From: Candidatus Collierbacteria bacterium GW2011_GWA2_42_17
Lineage (GTDB): Bacteria > Patescibacteriota > Microgenomatia > UBA1400 > MFAQ01
Direction: 5' to 3'
DNA length: 64,000 bases
Assembly (NCBI GenBank): GCA_000998275.1
Contig: LCDA01000001.1
Span: 30,684-94,683 of the forward strand
The notes beneath the pieces are model-generated. The model was not told where the DNA came from. It saw only the letters and a list, made by a program, of their open reading frames with translations, and did no database searches. Below are positions 57,292-64,000 of the stretch, in pieces (the first letter of the stretch is position 1; each line of letters starts with the position of its first letter). A program made the translations under genes and the position numbers.

Positions 57292-57568
57292 GATTTACCG
57301 GGGCTGACGGTTTGTCTTTACCAAGTAAGTGCTGGACCATTTCGACGATTTTTCCGGACTGACGGAAACCTTCGATAATGGCAAATAGGCCAACTGCCGG
57401 CTGGGATAGTTTTTGGAGAGTCTCGTCGGCGGTGTCAAGAGTGCGATTGACTCTTGTTAGAGAACTTTTTAATTCTTTGAGAACTAAAATCAACTCGATA
57501 CCGACAATAACAGCAACGACGGTGAGAACCGAGATAGAAATCAGCGAAATAATCTGGGACAAGGTCAT
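57269..57568 (-). CDS. DUF948-like membrane protein
   Basis: N-terminal TM then coiled-coil helical region typical of DUF948/YtxG. Confidence 0.4.
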   Translation of the reverse strand: MTLSQIISLISISVLTVVAVIVGIELILVLKELKSSLTRVNRTLDTADETLQKLSQPAVGLFAIIEGFRQSGKIVEMVQHLLGKDKPSAPVNLEEDESQ

Positions 57569-57600
57569 ATATTCATAATAGCAAATTTTTGCTTTCTCGG

Positions 57601-58230
57601 TTAGTTGGAGATGATGGTGAGAGGTAACTCGATAGTAGTGACTCTCCCAAAACGATTGGTGGCTTTTATTTTTATAGAGGTTTCACCGACAGGAAGATTG
57701 ACGCTCATCCGAAAGGCACCGTTTTGATCTGGTTTGACGACACTGTCTTCATTTATGGTAACCAAGGAGTCTGTTGAGGTTGAGCCCTGAATTTCAATCG
57801 GAGAGGAAAGAACGGCGTCCATCAGAGGGCGATTTACCGTGAGAGGAGGAGGAGTAAGAATAACTCTAAACTGAAAAATAAGATAGATAAGAAAAACAAT
57901 CACACCTAAAACTATAGGTAACAGCTGTGAAGATATATGGGGAAGATTAAAGCCCGTTTTTTTGTGCTGTTTGACAATATTTTTTTTGAGTTCCGGATTA
58001 CGATAGTCCCTTCTGAAAACAGCGATAAAATCTTCCGGATCGCTACCAAGACTTAACGATAGGTTTCTGATAAAACCCTTGGCGAAAGTTTCGGAGGGAA
58101 GGAGATCGTAACGGTCTGCTTCTAAAGCTTCGATGTATTTGCCATCAATTTTGGTGGCCAAAGAAAGTTCTGAGATAGAAATATTTTTTCTATTTCTTTC
58201 AGAGTGGAGAAGTTGTCCAACTGTTTTCAT
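57601..58230 (-). CDS. rodZ: RodZ-like cytoskeleton protein (XRE HTH + TM + DUF4115)
   Basis: N-terminal HTH, central TM, C-terminal beta-rich domain. Confidence 0.6.
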   Translation of the reverse strand: MKTVGQLLHSERNRKNISISELSLATKIDGKYIEALEADRYDLLPSETFAKGFIRNLSLSLGSDPEDFIAVFRRDYRNPELKKNIVKQHKKTGFNLPHISSQLLPIVLGVIVFLIYLIFQFRVILTPPPLTVNRPLMDAVLSSPIEIQGSTSTDSLVTINEDSVVKPDQNGAFRMSVNLPVGETSIKIKATNRFGRVTTIELPLTIISN

Positions 58231-58235
58231 GACAG

Positions 58236-60347
58236 TTACTGTTCCTGCTCTTCGTTTTGGGGCAGATATTCTTCAAAACTATTAACAATAACCTCGCGAG
58301 GCTTATTACCTTCGGCGTGGGCAAGAATTCCGGCATTTTCCAGTTGATCTAAAATTCTTGCGGCTCTGGCATAACCAACTTCAAGACGACGCTGAAGGAG
58401 GGAGGCGGAGCCTTTACCTTCGGCGATACAAAGTCTGGCGGCTTCTTCAAATTTTTCATCTACGTTACCCATGTCCTGACCACCGGTTCCAATTCTTCCC
58501 TTAGAAACATTTTTTGTAATGGTGTCATCCCTTTTGGCTTCAACACCAATACTTTGAATAAATCTGAGAAGATCGGCGATCTCTTTTTCGGAAACAAATG
58601 CTCCCTGGATACGTTTGGGTTTGGCCACATCTGGAGGAATAAAAAGCATATCTCCTTTACCTAGTAGTTTTTCGGCACCTGGGGTGTCGATAATAACACG
58701 GGAATCAATCATCGAAGTAACTTGGAAAGCAATGCGGGCGGGAATGTTGGCTTTGATGATACCGGTGATAACATTGACGGAAGGTCGTTGGGTAGCAAGA
58801 ACCAAGTGAATACCAACGGCACGAGCCATCTGAGCCAAACGAACGATATGATTTTCAACTTCGCCGGCATTTTTATTCATCATAATGTCGGCGATCTCAT
58901 CGATAACAATGATGATGTAGGGCATAGACTGAAAAGCTTTACTTTCGTTGTAACCGGCGATGTTTTTGACGCCAACCTCTTGAAAAATTTTGTAACGTCT
59001 TTCCATTTCGGCCACAGCCCAACCTAGAGCGTTGACTACTTTATCGACATCGACAATAACATCGGTAAGTAAATGAGGAATACCACTATAGGGAGTAAGC
59101 TCGACACGTTTTGGGTCAACCATAATAAATTTGACTTCTTCAGGGGAAGCTCGAAAAAGTATCGAGGCAATAAAGGCGTTGATGAGAACCGATTTTCCGG
59201 AACCGGTAGTACCGGCGATGAGAATGTGAGGCATCTTTGCGATATCTACAACACAAGCAGTACCAGAAACATCTAAACCAAGAGAGACCATGGTTTTTGA
59301 CTTATTGTTTTGCATGGCAGGGGAACTGAGCATGTCTCTCAGAGAAACAAATTCAAGTGAGCGGTTGGGAATTTCGATACCCACTAGGTCTCGACCAGGG
59401 ATGGGAGATTCAATACGAATTTGCCCTTGAGGTGCAGAAAGAGCAAGGGCCAAATCAGACTGGAGGGCATTAATTTTAGACAACTTGGTACCCATAGCAA
59501 TAGTCAGAGCATACTGGGTAACAGCAGGGCCTTTGTGAACTTCAGAAACGTGTGCTTGAATACCAAATGATTCAAGAGTGTTTTGGATGACCTCAATATT
59601 TTTATTAATATCTCCACGGTCGGCCTTACCGAGTTTTTGATCCGAAAGAAGACTAATGGGGGGATACTGCCAGATCGTGGCCGTGGCTCCTTCAAGCATG
59701 GGTTTAGGGGGTAGTTGACCAACTACGGGAGGTTTTTTGGTATCTTCCTGATGAATGATAGGGGGGGCGTAGTTGTCTTCCCCGCCGGTAATCTTAACTG
59801 AGCCGGGTTTACTAACAAAAACAGTGCCGTTCTTTTTACCGAGTGTTTGGAGTTTGCTACCGGCGTCACCAACTCTTTTGAGATTTTCTTGGATGAAGAC
59901 AACGAGATCTTCAATGGAGGTTTCAAAAAGAATGAAGAGCCCAATGGCTGTACCGACCAAGAAAAAAAGGATTGCTCCGGGGGTGGAAATAAGAGAGATA
60001 ATCGATTCTCTGATACCCGAACCGATACTACCTGAACCGGTAAGTCCACTTAAAGAAATCATGGTGACAACACTGCCGAGAAGAACATGGGCTGAAGCGA
60101 TGGCAAGTTTAACATGGGTAAGAAGCAGGCCACCAACAACAAAGATAAAGGGGACAAAAAGAAGTGGCCAGCCTAAAAGATTGCGGCCAATTTCGTTGAC
60201 TTGGGTGAGAAAAGCTCCTTGCTGAGAAAAAGAAATGGCAATTAGGCCACCTGTACCCATAATCAATAGCGCCATAACAGAGTTGGCGGTGTCTTTTTTT
60301 AGATTCAGTTTGTAGGGCTTTGAACGACGACCTTTTTTACGAGCCAT
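58236..60347 (-). CDS. ftsK: DNA translocase FtsK/SpoIIIE
   Basis: N-terminal 4-TM domain, IAGTTGSGKSV Walker A, C-terminal winged-helix gamma domain. Confidence 0.9.
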   Translation of the reverse strand: MARKKGRRSKPYKLNLKKDTANSVMALLIMGTGGLIAISFSQQGAFLTQVNEIGRNLLGWPLLFVPFIFVVGGLLLTHVKLAIASAHVLLGSVVTMISLSGLTGSGSIGSGIRESIISLISTPGAILFFLVGTAIGLFILFETSIEDLVVFIQENLKRVGDAGSKLQTLGKKNGTVFVSKPGSVKITGGEDNYAPPIIHQEDTKKPPVVGQLPPKPMLEGATATIWQYPPISLLSDQKLGKADRGDINKNIEVIQNTLESFGIQAHVSEVHKGPAVTQYALTIAMGTKLSKINALQSDLALALSAPQGQIRIESPIPGRDLVGIEIPNRSLEFVSLRDMLSSPAMQNNKSKTMVSLGLDVSGTACVVDIAKMPHILIAGTTGSGKSVLINAFIASILFRASPEEVKFIMVDPKRVELTPYSGIPHLLTDVIVDVDKVVNALGWAVAEMERRYKIFQEVGVKNIAGYNESKAFQSMPYIIIVIDEIADIMMNKNAGEVENHIVRLAQMARAVGIHLVLATQRPSVNVITGIIKANIPARIAFQVTSMIDSRVIIDTPGAEKLLGKGDMLFIPPDVAKPKRIQGAFVSEKEIADLLRFIQSIGVEAKRDDTITKNVSKGRIGTGGQDMGNVDEKFEEAARLCIAEGKGSASLLQRRLEVGYARAARILDQLENAGILAHAEGNKPREVIVNSFEEYLPQNEEQEQ

Positions 60348-60380
60348 ATTTAATCTAAGTATAGCTTAAGCTAAATAATT

Positions 60381-62039
60381 TTAAACCTCCAAAAGTATAG
60401 CTATAACAAGAGGACGTCTCTGGGTATGTTCGAAGGCAAATTTTTCCAACTCCCCTTCTATTTTTTTTCTAATAAAACCCCAGTCTGTAGCTTGGCCTTT
60501 AAGATCTTTGAGACTGTTATAAACATGTTTTCTGGCGTCATTAATGAGTTCTTGGGACTCTTTTTGGTAGACAAAACCACGGGAAATGATTTCAATATCT
60601 CCAGTGACTTGGGAGTTGTCTCGTCGCATGGGAACAATTGCAAGGAGAACTCCGTCGGCAGACATGACCTGGCGGTCACGTAGAACAACAGTACCGACAT
60701 CACCAATACCTAAACCATCGACATAAACGTTTCTCGTTTCGATTTTGGGACCTTCTTTGACAACACTGTTTTCGAGGAGGATCGATTGACCGTCTGAAAG
60801 GACAAAGACTTTTTCAGGATCAAAGTTCATTTCTTTAGCGAGATCCTTATAAATCATCATGTGGCGAAGATTGCCGCCGATGGGGATGATGTTTTTGGGT
60901 CTTACCAGACGCGCAAGAAGAATCATATCGCCGCGATAGCCATGTCCAGAGACGTGAAGGTTCTCGGAAGTCCCGGAATATTTAACGTCAATGCCTCTCT
61001 TGTAGAGAGTATCGAGTAGGTCAAAAATATCACCTTCATTGCCGGGAATAGCATCGGAGCTAATGACGACTTTGTCACCTTTTTTGAGTTTAATTTGGGT
61101 ATGTTCGTCGTTGGCTAGCCTGTGCATGGCAGAGCCGACTTGACCTTGGGAACCAGAGACAATCACGGTTACCTGATTGGCAGGAAGACTACTGACTTGC
61201 TGGCTTTTGATAAAAATACCTTTAGGAATCTTGATAAAGCCATTTTTGGCGGCGGCTTCAACATTTTGTTCTACACTACGCCCAACAATGGCGACACGAC
61301 GATGGTACTTAGCTGAGGCATCGATGGCCATCTGAATACGAGAGATTGAGGAGGACATGGTGGTAAAGATGAGCTTACCTTCGGCGGATCTGACTTCATT
61401 ATCGATCGCTGTAAGGAGAGAACGTTCCGAAGGGCAGAAGCCATTTTTTTCTACACGGAGACAGTCGGTAAGCATCAAATCGACACCATTATTCCCGGCG
61501 ACAGCCATAGCGCCCATGTCTGGAGGAAGATTGTCTATGGGGGTAAGATCAAATTTAAAATCAGCACCGTGATAGACGGTACCGGCCGGAGTTTTGATTA
61601 AAACGTGGAAACAGTTGGGGACAGAATGGGTGATGTGGATAAATTCCAGGTGAAAAGGTCCAAGATCAAGCTTACCTTCTACGGGAGTCATTTTATTGGT
61701 AATGCCAAACTCACGAACTTTGATCTCGGCGATGGCGATGGCCAGTTTACTACCGAAGACTTCGATGCCTTTGAGGCGAGGAAGAATATAAGGTAGACCA
61801 CCTACATGGTCTTGGTGAGCATGGGTTAGGACAATGCCGTGAAGCTTTTTGTCGGAGTGCTCGAGATAACTGATATCGGGAATAACAGCATCGACACCGA
61901 GGGCATCATCTTTGGGGAAGCCCATGCCACAGTCGACCACAATTTGTTCGTTGCCGTATTCGTAAACGTACATATTCTTAGTAACATCACCGACGCCACC
62001 CAAAGGAATAATTTTTAGAGGAGTTTTTTTAAAATCCAT
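60381..62039 (-). CDS. rnj: ribonuclease J
   Basis: metallo-beta-lactamase HAHQDH motif, beta-CASP and C-terminal domains. Confidence 0.85.
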   Translation of the reverse strand: MDFKKTPLKIIPLGGVGDVTKNMYVYEYGNEQIVVDCGMGFPKDDALGVDAVIPDISYLEHSDKKLHGIVLTHAHQDHVGGLPYILPRLKGIEVFGSKLAIAIAEIKVREFGITNKMTPVEGKLDLGPFHLEFIHITHSVPNCFHVLIKTPAGTVYHGADFKFDLTPIDNLPPDMGAMAVAGNNGVDLMLTDCLRVEKNGFCPSERSLLTAIDNEVRSAEGKLIFTTMSSSISRIQMAIDASAKYHRRVAIVGRSVEQNVEAAAKNGFIKIPKGIFIKSQQVSSLPANQVTVIVSGSQGQVGSAMHRLANDEHTQIKLKKGDKVVISSDAIPGNEGDIFDLLDTLYKRGIDVKYSGTSENLHVSGHGYRGDMILLARLVRPKNIIPIGGNLRHMMIYKDLAKEMNFDPEKVFVLSDGQSILLENSVVKEGPKIETRNVYVDGLGIGDVGTVVLRDRQVMSADGVLLAIVPMRRDNSQVTGDIEIISRGFVYQKESQELINDARKHVYNSLKDLKGQATDWGFIRKKIEGELEKFAFEHTQRRPLVIAILLEV

Positions 62040-62292
62040 ATTTATATTTATTTAATTACTAAACCGATCAAAACAGAAACACTGCTTGAACGCGCCGGCA
62101 AAAGGCCAGCTTAACTTAATTTATTTTACACTTACTAAGGAAATTGTTTGGGAACCGAAGCTGCAATAAAACTTGGGAATCAAAGGTAACTTGTCTTAGT
62201 CAAAGTCTAAACTTAATATAAGGTTATTATACCACGTTTGGCCGGTTAGCCTTGTGTTACATTGATTAGAAATAGAGTAAACTGTTTTTTGC

Positions 62293-63663
62293 ATGAAAAA
62301 ACTGGTGAAAGAAAGGGTCGTTCGGATCTTCAATTTGTCGGAGGACGTTTGGCCATTTATTCAAACGATTGGAGATGAGAAAGAAAGGACGGCGGAAGTT
62401 GAGGAAAATGCTAATCTGGCTGATCGTGATTTGTTCTCGATGGCCGAAGAATTTGAGTTTACATTTATCACTCCAAAAAAACTGAATCCTCATTTTACAA
62501 AGTACTTTATTGACGTTTGTATGATGCGGAAAATGGAGGTTTTGGTTCCTAAAAAAAATACTGGGATAATTTGCGAGGATATTTTAAAAGATAAGGCAAT
62601 CATGGATAGATTGGTTAAGTTGGGTAAAATGTGTAAAAGACTGATACTAACTTCCTACTCTACCTCTCCTTACTTTTTGTCCTTAGTTAGTGAGCTTCGA
62701 AATAAAGGGGTTGAAGTGAGAACTCCGGAAGCCCCTGAAGAAGCAAATGCTTGGACGGTTAATTTTTATGGTAGTAAATCGGGAATTCGTCAATTGACAC
62801 AGATAAATGGGGCAATTAGAGCCGACCTTAAAATGCCTGATGGGGTGGTGAGTTCTGGGGTGCTAGATTCGGCCAAAATCGCAGCCAATAAATATATTAA
62901 GGAGGGAGGCGTGGTAATCAAAACAAATAAAGGCCATTCGGGTTTGGGAGTTTTGATTTTCCGTAAAGGGGATTTGCCCAAAAAATTTCGTGAGTGTCAG
63001 AAAAAGATTGTGGAGGTGTTTAATGGAGATAAATATTGGGACAAATTCCCTATTGTGGTTGAGTCGTTGGTAAAACCAAATCCAAGGATTGGTGGAGGTT
63101 TCCCAAACGCAGAGTATCTCATTAAAAAAGACGGGGAAGTAAAACTTCTTTATTACTGTGGAATGAGAGTGGATGACAAAGGAGTATTTGGAGGAGTAGA
63201 AATTGGTGAAGAAGTGCTGCCAAAAAGAGTGACTTCCAGGATAACCGACATTGGATATTTAATTGGTGAACAGTATTCAGAAGATGGATATCGAGGTTTT
63301 TTTGACATTGATTTTATTGCCGGTAAGGGTGGAGAAATATTTGTTAACGAGTCGAACGTTAGAGTAACCGGAGGAACACACGTATATCAAGCGGCGGTGG
63401 AGCTTGTCGGTCGCGAGTTTATGAAAAAAGTATATGTCTTGTCGGACAATAATTATCAGATGCCAACTAAAAAGATCTTTACTTTTGATCAGTTGCATAA
63501 ATTAATGAGGCCCATACTTTTTAGTCGAAAAACAAAAGAGGGGTTGGTGATTGCATCTTCAAACCTCTTAGCAATGGGAAAACTGGCATACATTATTTTT
63601 GGTAAAAATAAACGAAGGGCTCTAGCGATAGAGGAAGAGATGAAGAAAGTTTTAAAATCTTAG
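62293..63663 (+). CDS. ATP-grasp fold ligase of unknown specificity
   Basis: VVIKTnKGHSGLGVLIF, EYLIkKDGEvKLLYY..., DIDFIAgkGGEIFVNESNVRVTGGTH consistent with ATP-grasp B/C subdomains. Confidence 0.5.
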   Translation: MKKLVKERVVRIFNLSEDVWPFIQTIGDEKERTAEVEENANLADRDLFSMAEEFEFTFITPKKLNPHFTKYFIDVCMMRKMEVLVPKKNTGIICEDILKDKAIMDRLVKLGKMCKRLILTSYSTSPYFLSLVSELRNKGVEVRTPEAPEEANAWTVNFYGSKSGIRQLTQINGAIRADLKMPDGVVSSGVLDSAKIAANKYIKEGGVVIKTNKGHSGLGVLIFRKGDLPKKFRECQKKIVEVFNGDKYWDKFPIVVESLVKPNPRIGGGFPNAEYLIKKDGEVKLLYYCGMRVDDKGVFGGVEIGEEVLPKRVTSRITDIGYLIGEQYSEDGYRGFFDIDFIAGKGGEIFVNESNVRVTGGTHVYQAAVELVGREFMKKVYVLSDNNYQMPTKKIFTFDQLHKLMRPILFSRKTKEGLVIASSNLLAMGKLAYIIFGKNKRRALAIEEEMKKVLKS

Positions 63664-63665
63664 GG

Positions 63666-64000
63666 TTACCACTTAGGAAGGAAGGATTTGATGTTTTCTG
63701 GGTTTAGGGCAATAGATTTGGCCTGGCCGGTGACTAGTAGCAAAGCTACTTTACGAACAATACCTTCGATGGTGCGATTGAGGGTACGGATACCCGCATC
63801 ATAACCTAAGGGGCGAATGATTGTGGGCCAAAGGGCGGGATCTATCGTAATGAGAGCAGGGTCCATACCAGCGGCCTCCAAAGCTTTGGGAAAGAGATAA
63901 CTTTGGGCAATATGGGTTTTTTCGTCATCGGAGTAAGAAGGCATTTGGATGGGTTCCAGACGATCCATAACAGCCGTGGCTAGATTGCCGGTATTGTTGG
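63666..64000 (-). CDS. Lon-like AAA+ ATPase C-terminal lid region (partial; gene continues beyond window end), no protease domain
   Basis: LEPIqMPsYsDdEKthIAqsyLfPK... matches Lon AAA+ lid; ORF stops ~65 aa later where the S16 protease domain would begin. Confidence 0.5.
   Translation of the reverse strand, partial: NNTGNLATAVMDRLEPIQMPSYSDDEKTHIAQSYLFPKALEAAGMDPALITIDPALWPTIIRPLGYDAGIRTLNRTIEGIVRKVALLLVTGQAKSIALNPENIKSFLPKW

Noticed and set aside
1-64000. Alternative genetic code (UGA recoding), as in some CPR lineages
   Set aside because: Very long ORFs (rpoB 1146 aa, rpoC 1193 aa, fusA, ftsK) are intact with the standard code, and stops fall where expected
1-64000. CRISPR arrays, transposases/IS elements, integrases, rRNA genes
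   Set aside because: No regularly spaced direct repeats, no DDE or Tyr-recombinase-like ORFs, and no rRNA-like conserved stretches were seen

Overview
This 64 kb window is gene-dense and moderately AT-rich, with most genes on the minus strand, and appears to be core bacterial chromosome. Long genes such as rpoB and rpoC are intact under the standard genetic code, so there is no sign of stop-codon reassignment. About 23 kb (positions ~20.2-43.5 kb, plus rpoC and rpoB to 50.5 kb) is a single minus-strand ribosomal superoperon: rpoB-rpoC, str (rpsL-rpsG-fusA-tuf), S10, spc and alpha operons, followed by rplM-rpsI. Two features mark it as streamlined: L30 (rpmD) is absent between rpsE and rplO, and AlaS is short, lacking the C-terminal domain. 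Both, together with RNase Y, a compact RNase P RNA and the overall gene density, fit a small-genome Patescibacteria/CPR-like lineage. That lineage call is inference only.

The flanks carry housekeeping genes: CCA-adding enzyme, secDF, a type A-like RNase P RNA, miaA/miaB, HU, RNase Y, recA-recX, a UDP-xylose synthase homologue, CapA, mltG, ruvX, a sortase, rodZ, ftsK, RNase J and a Lon-like partial gene.

The regions most worth a second look are:
- Two foreign cassettes inside the conserved ribosomal superoperon, each insulated by a bidirectional intrinsic terminator. One is a 169-aa orphan with its own promoter between rplO and secY. The other is a DEAH helicase plus an 84-aa Cys-rich protein between rpsG and fusA.
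- An unusually long noncoding gap (~740 bp) after recA. It holds a tRNA-like structure, a 10-bp inverted repeat and a free-standing small HNH endonuclease gene.
- A wHTH-nucleotidyltransferase plus AbrB-like gene pair with no HEPN partner.
- Several Zn-ribbon acquisitions: an insertion in the CCA enzyme HD domain, Cys4 substitutions in L24, and two small Zn-ribbon ORFs.
- A structured alternative-hairpin element between rpsJ and rplC.
- An ATP-grasp enzyme convergent with a Lon-like ATPase that stops before the protease domain.

No CRISPR array, transposase or rRNA gene was seen.
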